A stretch of 64,000 nucleotides of DNA, from the NCBI GenBank assembly GCA_011109175.1, contig RDEW01000002.1:2086997-2150996 (forward strand). Direction: 5' to 3'. The translations under genes and the position numbers were made by a program. Origin of the DNA: Dicyema japonicum (lineage: Eukaryota; Animalia; Dicyemida). Positions 1 to 13,700 of the stretch are shown one piece after another. The notes beneath the pieces were generated by a model. It searched no databases and was not told the origin of the DNA. It worked only from the letters and a program-made list of their open reading frames with translations. Positions within the stretch are counted from its first letter, which is position 1. Each line of letters starts with the position of its first letter.

Positions 1-330
1 TACACGCGCTTGATTCTCATACTGATTTTTAAGAATTATCTGTTCCATCCAAAATTAACGGTTTGGGGACGTTCCTTTCCTCGTTACCTTTTCATGGAAA
101 GCCTGGAGAATTTCAACAAACTTATTGGCAAGTCTAATGAAGAAATCGCAAATATCAAAATCGACAATGTTGATACAAGCCTTCTTACCAATCAGATTTG
201 GGGGCATCCGCTTAATCTTGATGGTGGACATTTCATTGCTATCCTACTTGTCCCTATATCAACAACACAATACTCATCCAGACTATTCTTCCAGATTTCT
301 GCTCTATTATTTTGCAAAACGCTACTAAAA
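1..330 (+). mobile_element. CRE-like non-LTR retrotransposon fragment (post-RT region)
   Basis: QAFLPIRFGGI.L...SLLSYLS motif (ORF 125-328); same sequence as 38492-38830. Confidence 0.65.
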
Positions 331-1560
331 GAAAGTTACCTCGTCGCTTCTGCAACACCGTGGATAATCTCCCATGTTAGATTCTTCCACGCTCTCCCTG
401 AGAAGGGATTTTTCGAAGGACATCTAGGTCGTCCGCATTTCCTAGTTTATAATGTACAGTCCCAAGATTTTCGTGACTGTAATAGGGAGAGAGTGTCGAG
501 GACATCCGCGGTATATACAACTGCTCTGGAAGTGAGCTACCATAGCATTCTTAGGATAACTTCCATCTCTCCATTTTCACCGTTAATTCAATCGGCTGTG
601 AATTGCATGTTCCGTAAGCTTTTCGTTACAAATCTTTTTTGGAATCCTGATTTTCATCAGCGATAGTAGCTGATTTTTGTGGTGTGAGTTTATTTTTTCC
701 CAGTGTGACTGATTGACGCCCCATGTTCCAGAATTGTACAGAGGTTGGGGAGGACAAACGAGTTGAAGTTTTTGGATGTTGGGGACTGTTAAGAATGAGG
801 GTCAAGAGGAGTTCTCGTAGTTTAAGGTGGTCCTGATATATTGCTTGAAGATTTTTCTGAAGGTTTTCTTATTCTGGTCAAAGATGGATTGGCCTGGGCA
901 CGGAGGGGATTCCTTTTCTTGTTTGTTTATGCAACCACAAGGTCCACGTGGAAGTAGAATTTAAGGCATTGGTCAAAGATTACTCTCAGGATTTTCGGAG
1001 TTTTGTGATAGGGAGGACTTCTTCAAAATTTTCAGATTCGATTTTATGTTTAACTGAGATCGGTCGGAAGTGAATACTATGACGCTGGACTTGGAGGGGG
1101 AGGGGAGAGGTGGTTAGTCAACAACCAAGATTATAGAGAATAAGTGTGTATGGAGGCGGGCTGAGGCGAAGTGATGTTTCTATCTCAAGGACCATTGTAT
1201 CTTCCATCTCGGTATGCTATTCAGTTGGAGGTTCAATATCAGAGAAATAGCAGAGACTTGTGGGACTCCATTTGAGAGGTAACGGGAGCGAGATATCTAT
1301 GACATAATCAGGGCACTTCAAGTCTGCCACAGAAAAATAATTTCAGCATTTGTGTATGAATGGAGGAATATTCATTACGGTTATCTTGTTACAAAAAACA
1401 CGGGGGAGGTCCCATCAAAAGCCTTAGAAATGTCAATGGAGGTCAAGACAACACAAAGTGGCGTTTGTGATTGTTGAATCCATCAGCAATAAAGTCAGTT
1501 AACTTGGTTAAGTGGGTTGAGGTTGAATGCTTGACGCGGAACCCAAGCTGAGAGCTGTAA
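330..1560 (-). mobile_element. Degenerate Jockey/I-like LINE (RT to C-terminal region)
   Basis: Minus frame QLGFRVKHSTSTHLTKLTDFIADGFN...DISKAFD with many stops and frameshifts; related copies at 13020-13700 and 38830-39980. Confidence 0.7.
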
Positions 1561-2239
1561 GCCTAATTATTCTTATTCTTATGAAAAACTTTGGAGTGCA
1601 TTAAACTAACTAACTATTTGAATAATTGTCTAGAATTAGTAAGAAATTAGAAAATTGGTTGATAAACACAAACGGTTAACAAACACTCTCAGAATTGAGA
1701 ACGAATTTGTCATATAATCTGTAAGGAAATAAGCCAGATATTTTCGTTTTATTGTTTTTGATTCTTGCAATCCTAATCGATTCAGCAGGTTAGTGATCTG
1801 CTTCCTATGAATCTGATGTTTCCACGGCGATAGTTCAAATATGAAGTGCCCAACCGATACATTCTAATAAGAAAAACTAGAGATTTTATTAGACTGAAGT
1901 ATTTATTCATTTTGTCAATGTGTTCCCATTCAATTATCACAGGAAGTTGTAGTGATGAACAAGTGGACGTAGATGGAAACTTGTAGTATTAAATTTTTCA
2001 TATTACAGAAATTGGTTTCGTTGTCAATATGATACTAATTATGATACAAATTACAGTTTATCGAAAAATGAGCTTTGTGTGCAAAACATCATTATCCCTC
2101 ATGGGGAGAGTTTCATAATTAGGCAGATCAAATTTTATATTACTGATCTTACGGATTTTGCCACGTGGCGCCATGTGGTGCTGCGTGGTTAATTGGTTAA
2201 ATTTTTCTGCTTGCTTGTCTGTTCCTCCTCTCTCTTCCT

Positions 2240-2485
2240 AATAGAGTGGCGTCATGTAATCCACCTGTCTAGGTGACGCCCAGTGCTAGGCCGGCATGAA
2301 AAAGGATCATTTGCTCTTCCCCACTCCACTGGAGGGGTTTCCAAAACTGCATGTAATGGACGTCTTACCCTTTATGCTGATTCCGGATGGACTCTGTTTC
2401 TGTAGAAGTGTAAACTGGATACACTTAATTAGTTGTTTACTTTAACTTTTTTCTCGGTGTATCCGGGGTTAATAAATAATAATAA
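2240..2485 (+). mobile_element. 5'-truncated LINE 3'UTR with (TAA)n tail
   Basis: Matches reverse complement of 13020-13260 (ccactccactggaggggtttccaaaactgc...gtatccggggttaataa). Confidence 0.7.
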
Positions 2486-3370
2486 TCTCACATGGGATTT
2501 GTTCAGAAAAGCCTTGTTCAATGTTTCATTACATTTCAGCCATCGTGGGATTGACTACTATTCTGAATATCTGATAAATGAATCCATTCTTGCACAAAAG
2601 ATCGTCACAGAATCAAAACGTGAGTTACCGCTATTTCTTCAGTGGTGTCCGTCATACTTGATGAATTGGAATGAATTTGAGGTTCATGTACTAAATATTC
2701 ATAGTCGCTGTTTGAACGATGAAAGTATAATATATGTAAACTCCCTAACTTTCCCCTCTACCATTTACACCATGTCATATATCATTAATTAATAGAGATT
2801 TGGATTATGCAATTCCCTCATATTCATAGAAATCGAATTTGCTGAGATATTGAAATTAGTTGAAAGGTTGGGAAAACACGAAAGTGAAAAGTGCCTCATA
2901 GCTGATATTAATAAAGTATTCAGCCACCTTCTGTTTGAATTGTGGAATTTTTCAAAAAATAAAATTTCAAATATGATAGAAAAAATACACAATGATTTTT
3001 ATATAACTTCGAAGTCTGATTCCAATAAGTATGGAAAATTAAATAATGTGGAACAATCAATACTTTTTATAGGTCACCAAAATATATATTAGACATTTTG
3101 TTGACAACATCAACACTATTTGATGATCCAATAATATTGACGGTACAGTTTCAAAGGTAAATTTCATAATTCAAATGAGGCTGATAGAAATAAGTAGGCA
3201 ATACGTAACGAAAATCAAATAGTTGAGAATAATCCAAATTTATAGGTTATTAAAATATATATTAGACATATAGCAGCCTTCAACACTATTTGAAGATCCA
3301 ATAATCTAATATTGAAGCAAATATATGACAATAGAACAAATAAAAGAAAAAATAAATGACCACAACAAGG
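2485..3370 (+). pseudogene. Decayed multi-copy host-like gene with tiny-intron-like segments (paralogs ~42440-43360 and ~30050-30300 minus)
   Basis: Protein-like frames separated by 20-24 nt GT..AG segments (e.g. gttcatgtactaaatattcatag, gtcaccaaaatatatattag); stops and frameshifts in all copies. Confidence 0.35.
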
Positions 3371-4149
3371 TGGTAACTACTGAATAATGTACTATTGTTA
3401 AAAGGTTTGCCATATTGTAAAACAATTTTTAAAAACAAATAAAATAAATAAATTAATTAATAAATATATCTTAATAATAAAATAATAAATAAATAAATCT
3501 ACAATTGAAGTGTTTTGACTCTCACGATAGCGTAACTGAATAATGTACTATTGTTAAAAGGTTTGCCATATTATAAAACAATTTTTAAAAACAAATAAAA
3601 TAAATAAATTAATTAATAAATATATCTTAATAATAAATTAATTAATAAATATATCTACAATTGAAGTGTTTTGACTCTCACGATAGCATAGGAACGAAGA
3701 AACATCGGGTACAGTTGAGGTATACTGAGATCATTTGATGGCCTTCCCACAAAATTATTTAATATCATTGTGATTTTTTGCTATTAGGTGATACAAGCTT
3801 CCAATAATTACAGAATGCTTATTCAATTATTTATTAACTGTCCCATGGTAAAGTTTCATAATTCAAATGTGGCTGATCTTATTTTATTCAAAAAACAGGT
3901 TATTAGTTTTTCTGTTTAACATGATTAATTAGCTCAACTATTTATTATCGGAAGCCAGCCATGGATTGCAGGAAAAGAAAGCTTAGAATGACACGATGAA
4001 TTTTCTAGGACATTGGGCTCTCTGTTATTAGGGGTAACTCTTCAGGTGTTAATGCCTTCAGCCATAATTGAGACTTTTTTTTTAAATTGACTTCATTGAC
4101 CTTATTTTTATTGATTAATTTTTAGTTTCCATTAAATATTAGCGTGGCG

Positions 4150-5240
4150 TTATGTGGTCTACCAATGTAAAAGGATTTGAAAACCTCCAGAGGGCACCTA
4201 ATGCCTACGGAAAAAGGACCGATAGACCCCATTCTCTGGAGACAATCTTGTCCAATGTCGATGCATTTTGCGGAAGATCGAACCTTCCCGGAGGAATTCC
4301 TTTGCCCATCGAAGAGAAAAGCATGTAACGACTCTCTAGCTAAACATATTTGGAATTAAAGAAAAAATCAGGGAACTCCGCTCACTCTACCCTACATTCT
4401 GGAGAGACATATCTCCTTTTCGAAATTTGTTGGAGATGTTGATTTAACAGAAATAATTAGAATCTCTCTCGGGACAACGGAAGGAAGACTATGCTTCGTG
4501 AATATATACGTTCCTGGTTCCTGCCTGAAGAGCTATATATTTAAACTCCAAGACCACTAGAAAGATAGGTCACAAGTAACTAATTAGGTGATCTCAGCCT
4601 CCAACAACATCCGAACTCTCTTTGCTGGTCTTTTGATGACTTAACCGCATTCCGGAAGCGCCTTCTCTTCTTTCTGCATAGGAATTCAATCGGCCTGCAC
4701 GATTTTATAACCGTCCGAAATTCCTCTGCATGGGCTACCTTTTCCTTGAATGGGTTTCCCAGTTCCTTGCAAAAATGTAGATAGCCGTTGCTATTCTTCA
4801 ACGTCGCCTCCTCAGAAACGAGGTCGCCAATTGAGATGTCAGTGTGGTGCATTTTTCCGCCTGAGAGTTCAAACGATCAATTCTCGAAGTGGGAATGGCA
4901 AATCTCCAGGCGGAGCAGGCATATTCAATAGTAGGAACAATGACTTGTTGGTAGACCTTGTTGACGCAAGCAACGAGGGGGAGGGGCTCTTCTTTATGAT
5001 CGCTTTTAAAATGTTCCATTTCCAAAGACCCTTGGCAAGTACATCCTCCACATGACTCGAGAACGTCATCAGAGAGTCCATAACTACCCAAGGATCTTCT
5101 GGGTCCGCGTAGAAGGGATAGAAGTATCTCCAAAAAACAGTTCGAGTCCATCCTAAAATCTTCTATCAGTAATGAAAATGGTGAACTAAGATTTAGATGC
5201 TGACATACATAACATATTTGCAGATAACCAGTCACATAAC
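4150..5240 (+). mobile_element. Degenerate LINE, APE endonuclease region
   Basis: Frame with CFVNIYVPG...LGDL (APE motifs); disrupted. Confidence 0.45.
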
Positions 5241-6699
5241 CGGTTTAGGTGTGACTGAGCATCTTGAACATTGGCAGCGTATATAATCAGTTTGGTGGCC
5301 AACTCCTCGATTAAGAAGATACTTAGTCATTAGCATGAACATTTCAGCAAGGAGATCATCGATCTCATAAAATAGAGGCGTGCTATCAAAAGGAGCGATG
5401 TACGGGACACTATCTTACCTAAACCAGACGATCTCAGATCATGTCATTTTCAGCAAGGAGATCATCGATCTCATAAAATAGAGGCGTGCTATCAAATGGA
5501 GTGATGTACGGGACACAATCCTACCTAAACCAGACGATCTCAGATCATGTCATCCAAAAAAAATTCAAGGAGGAATGAGTTCGTCTCCAGTTTTGATCAC
5601 CAGACAAAACCATCTGAATTCTGGAACACCGTAAAGTTTGTATCCACTGGGCAAACCTCACACAACCTCGTACAAGTCTGGAATCGACAAATATCGAAAA
5701 ATGAAATCATTCAAGAAAGGTTTGATAGCCAATTATTACGCATGGGCATCCCGTTACATTTTTTGACCTTGAAAAGTTCTTTTGATTATTCGACATTTAA
5801 TGTCACCGTCCGTTGGAGGAATGTCTAGCTTATTTCTAAAAAATAAATGCACAACAATAAATAAATAAGGGAAATTTATTAGAATTGTCATTAAAAACTA
5901 NCTGATTTTGTGGTTGAACATTGGCAGCGTATATAATCAGTTTGGTGGCCAACTCCTCGATTAAGAAGATACTTACTCATTAGCATGAACATTTCAGCAA
6001 GCAGATCATCGATCTCATAAAATAGAGGCGTGCTATCAAATGGAGCGATGTACGGGACACTATCCTACCTAAACCAGACGATCTTAGATCATGTCATCCA
6101 AAAAAAGTCGAGAAGGAAAGAGTTCGTCTCCAGTTTTGATCACCAGACCAAACCATCTGAATTCTGGAACACCGTAAAGTTTATATCCACTGGGCAAACC
6201 TCACACAACCTCCTACACGTCTGGAATCGACAAATATCTACAAATGAAATCATTCAAGGAAGGTTTAATGGCCTATTATTACGCATGTTACATTTTTTGA
6301 CCTTGAAAAAGTCTTTTGATTATCCGACATTTAATGTCACCGTCCGTTGGAGGAATGTTTAGCTTATTTCTAAAAAATAATTGCACAACAATAAAAAAAA
6401 TAAAGGAAATTTATTAGAATTGTTATTAAAAACTAAAAAAATATTATATTTAAAAAAATTAATCACACGAGATAAATCATTCTTGTTGGTTTCTAAATCC
6501 AAAAAATCGAAAAAATTGGTAAAATTCCTCCAACGGACAGTGACAGATTATAAAGATTTTATTTTTATAGCGCCAAACTTAAATTTCTATCGTGATATTT
6601 TGCTTGGAAGATTTTTCTGTTGTTATTGGGTTTCTACAAGGGTTTTGTGAAAGACTGCTTGGATTATGCTTTGGATAATACTTTCCCGAAAATCTTCCG

Positions 6700-7170
6700 A
6701 GGCACCGAAAATATAGGCTTGTTAAGAAAATAGAGAATTTCTTTATTATCAATGAAAGTATTGTAAATGTGCAATAAATGTACAGACTGTATCTTAAATA
6801 CACTGATCTCAAGTTAGTCATATCCCTGGATAATGAAGCCGAAATGGAGCTTGTGGCGAAATCATTACACGGGTTTTCACGCGAAGGAGTAAATAAAATT
6901 GAGTATGAATGTCGACAAAAATACTGTACTGCCAAAAATGAGATAATCAGAAAAGTCATTCGAAAATGTGAAGTTTTTAAATTTTCGCTTCCTTGCTGCA
7001 GAAATAATTAATATTTTATCGAATAATCTTTAGTTCGAAGTTAATGTAACGGGCTTCCCATAGGTATCGTGTGGCCCATGTGACATATTTTTGTATCGAC
7101 CAAATAAAGATGAAGGGAAACAGAATCCGCAAATATGATTACTTCATCGAATAATCCATAGATCATTCAG
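6700..7170 (+). mobile_element. Degenerate retroviral-type integrase (Gypsy/Ginger-like) H2C2 region
   Basis: KSLHGFSREGVNKIEYECRQKY...IIRKVIRKCEV resembles an integrase zinc-binding domain. Confidence 0.55.
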
Positions 7171-8399
7171 AGATGGATAACTTCCTGTCTGGCAGAGTGT
7201 AGCCCACTCTGGCAATGTCGAGAAAATTTCATGTACGTTACCTTCCGAACGAAGTGCCGAAAGCTATGTCCTACCACTGCTGTAATTAATCTTCATTTGA
7301 GCAGCATAGCTGATACTGAGAATACTCTNATGGATAACTTCCTGTCTGGCAGAGTGTAGCCCACTCTGGCAATGTCGAGAAAATTTCATGTACGTTACCT
7401 TCCGAACGAAGTGCCGAAAGCTATGTCCTACCACTGCTGTAATTAATCTTCATTTGAGCAGCATAGCTGATACTGAGAATACTCTTGTTTTCCCCTATGT
7501 AGATTATCTGGTCCTCGCAGTTCGGGATAGGATTATTTCTAGGGCTTCAGTTAGACTCCAAAAACACTTGGACTCCCTGGAGTCATGATTATTAGCACAC
7601 CACCACACCCCATTTCCTTCAACATCAAGTTTCAAGATTATCACTCAGAATCCACTCTTTTGTAAAATATCCGGGTAAACCTGGCTCGTCTACGATGTGA
7701 AACTACCTTTCTCTACAGACGTACGTGTGTAAACTGGATGATCTAAAAGATTTCCACTGTTCCTCATTTAACCGCTAGAAGTTGACAGCAAACCACCTTT
7801 TTGAATTTCCTGTTACAATGTTCGTCTACAATGCCAAGACCGCCCGATCAATGGGAACGACCGGCACTGGCTGCGTCCTACCTAATTTCTACTGGTCTCC
7901 TATAGTAGACTGGGGTTGCTAAACTTGCTATCCCCAAATAAGCTTAATTTAACAATTGGGGGTATATTTTGATGTAATTATAAAGTGTGTATGGGAGATG
8001 AAAATACGAAATATAATTTTAATGTGGTTAAAAAAGTTTATTAAAAATTAATCGAGAGTTACAACTTTGCCCACGGATATTTGGGTTTACCACGACTTTC
8101 TGAAGTGACTCCATTTACAATATATGTTTTGGGAGAGGATTATTAACCAATCAAATATTATAGAATTCTGAGTTCAACTCTATTACTTCATGCCAGTTAA
8201 AATTCAGGAAAACGACTTGGATTTATTCTTACCGTTGTAAACGACTACTCCCAAATTGGTATAATCAATTCAAAACTGTAATTTTTTGTTTAGTAGAACC
8301 TCATTCCTTCTGCATTTCACGTCAAAATAGAATTCGAAATTCTCAAAGGTAAACAATGCACTTTCCGAGGAGCCATATTTTTCATAATTTGTCTCATTA

Positions 8400-8689
8400 G
8401 CTATCGCTCCCCTCAGGCAAAACACAGTCTTTATTTTAAGCAAAGAACAGTTTTTTTTATAACTAATCGATGATGGGAAAACCAATAAATGTTATTCACT
8501 TCATTTGTTTTCTTTTTTGTTAGGTTCCTATATAGATCCGGTTCCGCAGTGAGATGTTCACTGATGACGGCGTCACTCGTCAAGGCAAAGCATAGAGATG
8601 TGAGGAGCATTCAACCGAAATGTACAGTATGGGTGTCGAACTAGCGACCTTCAGGCATCTTGCCCCTCACCCGTTGCACTGCGCCAAGG
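8400..8689 (-). mobile_element. tRNA-derived SINE copy
   Basis: A-box-like TGGCGCAGTG, B-box-like AGTTCGAC; core GACGAGTGACGCCGTCATCAGTGAA and tail shared with 60289-60586. Confidence 0.7.
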
Positions 8690-9304
8690 TAAAAACGTTT
8701 GATTAATAATTCTTTAGTTGATATATTTTAATTTTAGTCAATTTTTGTTAAATATTATCCAAAGACTATAATTTTGATAAAAATAATGAAGAAAAGAAAT
8801 GACAAAAGCAAAGACAGTGAGAACATTCATAGTCCCCTTATTGGACAAACTTGTATACCATTTTACCAGCTAATAATGCTCTCACACTGATTTGTTCTAA
8901 TATTGCCACATTTAAATTTATAAGATCAAAAGTAAAAGTCAATATTTGAATTATTTGATTACTCTGTTCTATTCTACTTATTATCAATGATTTTAATGTA
9001 TTCAAATTCCCTGTGATCTTCACAGATGGATTCTCTTGACTGACCTCTTTTAGTCTAAATTTGTGTAATAATTACTTTCTCATTCTAGCCTGTTCTTACA
9101 CATTCATCGATTTGGCTGTCCTGAAGAATGTGAGAGATTATCCTTTCTTAATTTACCAGCAATCCTTATATAGTTTTAATATATACATTTTCAATGAGTT
9201 TGAGAATATATCCAACCTATCAACAACATCATTGTGGGGACTCACTGCAAATGGAAGTGTGCTTTTAATCCCTTTATTATTAAATTATTCCAAAGACCAA
9301 GGGT

Positions 9305-10130
9305 AACCAAACTAACTAACTACTTGATCCTGACTCGTTCCAGCGTTCCAGAATTTGTCTCCAGGTAACGATATTGTCCCCAGGGAAAGAATAGTTGGAT
9401 TCTCTTGATGCCGGCCAGGTATTGGGAGTCTCCTCAGTAAGGTGGATCCAATGACGGAAGCAAAACAATTTTTGAAAAACTAGCAACATAGCAGCGCATG
9501 GCGCCACGAGGCCAAAATCCCAAATATAATCTTTTCCTTTGAAATCTCTTTGCTGTTAATCAATTTAATGTTTAAATCAGTAAATTCTTAATCATCAAGA
9601 TTTTCATTAAAATTTTCTTATATTTAATTATTTTACAGACCTCAATTATGATTTGCATGTCCACTTCGTTCCTCAATAGTTGTCTTCGTTACGAAATCTG
9701 GGATCCGTAGCTTGACGCTCGTTTTGCAGTCACTACCAAGTAAACCATGTTGGGTATGTTTGGTAAGACTGTAAGTAGTTTTCTCCACTAACAAGCAACC
9801 CACATGAAAACCAATTGGATTAAAAAAGTTTCTTGGTTGCCATCCACCGGCCATCGATATCAGTGAATCTTCTTTTAAACAAGGAGCTCCCTCGCTGCGG
9901 TCATCACGTGGATCTTAACACCTTCCCATATAAGTTGCAACTCATCCCTAGATGTAACCTTTATGACTACGAGACAGATCACCTATTCTCGTGTCCTGAC
10001 GTTCTTTCAATGTCCTCACCGCACGAAATTAACTTTTTGGATCTCTGGAAGCGTATTTTATTGTTCTTTACTCAAAAAATTAAAGACTCACTACAGTATA
10101 TACGTGGATTCAAAGAGAGGTCTTGACTAA
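9305..10130. mobile_element. LINE C-terminal (CCHC) fragments in both orientations
   Basis: PRCGHHVDLNTFPYKL..IPRCNLYDYETDHLFSCP (+); 9316-9507 (-) ends in a tagttagttag tail. Confidence 0.55.
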
Positions 10131-10649
10131 CTTTGAGTATTGGTGTTTTGTGAAACCCTTACATAACTCGATGTACTTTCTAAGGTTTTTATGCCATTAC
10201 CTTGATATACTCAATCCAATAATAAAGAGATAAGTGATATCTTTTCTATCTTTCAGTTGACTTTATCATTGTGAATTATTAGAGTTGACTAGACGCACTT
10301 AACCGGACTACCCACCTATATTTTAAACAAAATGATTAATTTTTATTAAAATAAAATATATCATTTATTAACATAACAATCCATCTAAAATGGTCCCCGC
10401 CGACATTATTGACGTTTCGTTGCCTCTCACGATTGCAACATAGATCAGTTGTAGAAGCCATCGGGTCTCACGTGCGTCGTGGCTTTATAGTGTAGCTAGG
10501 CGTCCAAGTTTCTTTAGTAAACAAACTTTTATTAAATATAAATATTTCCGGTTTATTTTATATAAATTCATTCTGGATAGTCGTATATCTCTGATTTCGG
10601 TAGATTATTTGTGCTTGGGTATTATAGGAGTTTAATATCTAATTATATC

Positions 10650-12225
10650 GGTTGAACGAATGTGTGAAGGTTCATAAAAAAGCTCGACTCGCTTCAGGGA
10701 GATCTGAAGACATTGCTCGTAAAAAATGCTGACGTCTTGAAAGATGAAAGAGATTTGGAGAGCTTGATGCATAGAAAGCAGGTCTCTCTGAATCTCCGGA
10801 TACGTCTATTTTATGCGTTCATAAAACCAATCTTACAACTAAAGAACGTGGGGAACGTCGAATGGAGATCTTAACGGAATCGACAGATACTAAAAAAACC
10901 AAATGTGAAAAACAATAGGTATCTACTCAAAAGAGATCTCAGAGCCGATAAGATAAGTGATAAAATCTCGATGATTACTTTTTCGGAATACTTCTACCAG
11001 CAAAATACGACCCCGCGTGTTTTTTGCAATAGTCTATGCACACTTATCGTAATAACATTCCCAAATGTATTATCACCCTATCTCTCTATGATACATTTAA
11101 AAAAGTTCTGTTCAAAACTCTATAAAAAATATAAATCCTACAACATCAGTCATGTGACTATGCAATAAAGTATGAAATCTACCGATTTTAGCTAACATTG
11201 TGATTTACACATAGTTTTGTAACATTTCCAATGCTCTTAATAGCTTATAGGCATCTTCGACTGTAATTGAAAGCTCCCCCTATTTTATTCAAACGCTCCA
11301 CATTGAATGTTTTATTAATTTTACATTCCAAGACCACGGTCAAACCAAACTAGTTATTAGGTGATCTAGACGGGGTCTATTAGAGACCTCATCTTGCCCC
11401 GGTGTTACTCCTTCATGCCGCGCGTGACCGTACTAGGCGGCTGACTGATTAACAAGATCGCAGTACCTCATTCTGAATTCCAGTCGCATAAGTGCCTCTG
11501 AATTATTATCAGAGCTAATCTTTAAGGAAATCAATAACTCTGAGAAATTACTTAACAATAGAAAAACTGGAGTCCAGTCGCATAGGGGCCTCTGAATTAT
11601 TCTCAGAGCTAATCGTTAGGGAAATCAATAACTCTGAGAAATTACTTAACAATAGAAAAAACTGCAAACCATAGTGGATTGTTGAAAAACTAATTTTAGG
11701 GAAGCCATCAACACGGTGAAGCTCAAGTTGTCGAAAACTCCGCTATTTTTAAATATTTTTTATAATATTTTAAATATTATTTTATTTTTTGTATTTCTTG
11801 TTTAAATTTATTATCTTAGTTATTTTAGGCAAAAATAATTTGATAAATGAAAAGCCGTCCGAAATCTTATACAAGAGAACAATAACTAAGCCAATATCAT
11901 GTGATATTACTGATTCAAGATGGAAGCTCTTTGGACACATACTCCGCCACGATATGGGAGCCCCTGCCAACATAGCAACGGAAGAGTATTTTGTCTTAGA
12001 AGCTTCTCGTTTCCGCGGCCGGCCGAGGACAACACTGCCGGTTATTCTAGATGAAGATCTCAAGAGGATTGGAAAGTGCCTTAAAGATGGGGACGATATA
12101 GATATGCTACGGAACATGGCAACGGATCGAAAAAGATGGGCGACGTTAATTAGATTGTTAATTTTTCGTGTTGCACATGCTTTGTCATGATCTTGGCATC
12201 GCGTACGTGACTATAATAATAAATG
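10650..12225 (+). mobile_element. RTE-like LINE 3' fragments (10650-11170; 11850-12225)
   Basis: RWKLFGHILR...FRGRPRTTLPVILDEDL..W motif and an ataataat tail. Confidence 0.75.
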
Positions 12226-13000
12226 AAAAACACAATAACGCTTTCACATTACAATCTACCGTCTCCTGTGGAATACATTGGAATTACCAACCGTACAAGA
12301 ATGGGAAATATCACAATTGCGAACATATACATTTCCCCTGCCAGCATCTGCCCGATGGAATTTACCTTCTCCCTAAATGTGTTATGCCAATTCCAACAAT
12401 TGTTGATATGTGGCGATTTCAACGCGAAACACCCGACCTGGTACAAAAGACTAACGTCAGAGGATGTCTCCTCTCTCTATTGGATAACTTCATAATTCTT
12501 AACGACTATCGATGAACACAAAAACACCATATATAGCTTATGAGTCATAGCTATAAGTTATGACAACATGACCTCACCTGATTTGATTTTTGCCACCCAT
12601 AACATTGCTTCTTTTGACATCTGGTCTGTGATTTATGACTTCCAGAGCAACCACAATCCTATTTTCATTCGGGTGAAGGGCACGTTCATTTCGGAAAAAA
12701 CGAAACACTTTCTTGGATTACAGAAACGTTAATTGGAAAAAAATTTGCAAAATATGGACAGTACGTTTCAACTCACACGATGATGCAGTCTCTTATGTTA
12801 ACAAAAAAGATCCAGAAGGCAATGAAAGTATTTATCAAAGAAAGATAAATCAAATCCTACATTAAACATTTTGATCACAAAACGAAGAAAATTATGAATG
12901 AACGTAATCAACTCAAGAGCGTCCAAGGGCCATCACCAGAAATTATATACCGAATTCAAGTGCTTGATAGCGACCTTTTATGGGCGGTGGTGGACCAACA
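12225..13000 (+). mobile_element. LINE APE endonuclease fragment
   Basis: IANIYISP...LLICGDFNAKHPTW. Confidence 0.75.
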
Positions 13001-13019
13001 CTCTCTAAGAGCAAGTTAA

Positions 13020-13700
13020 TTAATTTAATTTATTAACCCCGGATACACCAAGAAAGAAGTTAAAGTAAACAACTAGTTAAGTGTATCTAGTTTTCACGTC
13101 TAAGGAAACAGAGTGTATCCGGAATCAGCATAAAGGGTAAAAGACGTCCATTACTTGCAGTTTTGGAAACCCCTCCAGTGGAGTGGGGGTGAGCAAATGA
13201 TCCCTTTTCGTGCCATCCTGACATTGGGCGCCACCTATGCACATGACCAATCTCCATGTTGGATTCCTCCACGCTCTACTTGAGAAGGCGATTTTTCGGA
13301 GGATATCTAGGTCGTCTGGATTTTCGAGATTCTCACAATTCCAAGATCTTCGTGAATTTCAATAGGGAGAAATTAGCTTAGACGTCTCCGGTGACCACAA
13401 CTACACTGGAAGTAAGCTTCCATAGCATCATTTGCCGGAACTGCTTTGTCCATTCTTAGGATATTTCCTAATAACTTCCACCTCTCCCCTTTGGTCGTTC
13501 GTTCAATTGACTGTGAATTGAATAATGCGTACAGCTTTGTTACAAATATTTTTTGGAATCTTGATTTTCACCAGCTATTTATGTCTTGGGAGTTTATTTT
13601 TTCTCAATATGATTGATTGACACCCCATGTTCCAGAATTTTACAAAAGTACAGGAATGACAAACGCTTTTTAAAGCCGCAATTTTGTCTTGAAAGATACA
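13020..13700 (-). mobile_element. Jockey/I-like LINE 3' end with UTR
   Basis: Diverged copy of the 330-800 element, continuing into the UTR seen at 2240-2485. Confidence 0.7.

Larger units (their letters stand above)
1..3840 (+). repeat. Segmental duplication, copy A (copy B = 38492-43640)
   Basis: Collinear near-identical sequence throughout (e.g. tacacgcgcttgattctcatactg at 1 and 38492; ttggttaagtgggttgagg at 1504 and 41737). Confidence 0.92.

Noticed and set aside
10-666. Long ORFs 10-666, 38354-38917, 34693-35094 and 50544-50981 as genes
   Set aside because: Off-frame or antisense read-throughs of TE fragments or of the EGR gene.
5260-6400. ~500 bp duplication around N5901 and 154 bp duplication around N7330
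   Set aside because: Both straddle scaffold gap characters, so probably contig-overlap or haplotype artefacts.
10411-10448. Hammerhead-like motif on the minus strand (CTGATCTAT-GTTGC..GCAAC-GAAACGTC)
   Set aside because: Core CUGAUGA is broken and stem I cannot form; at most a decayed Penelope-type relic.
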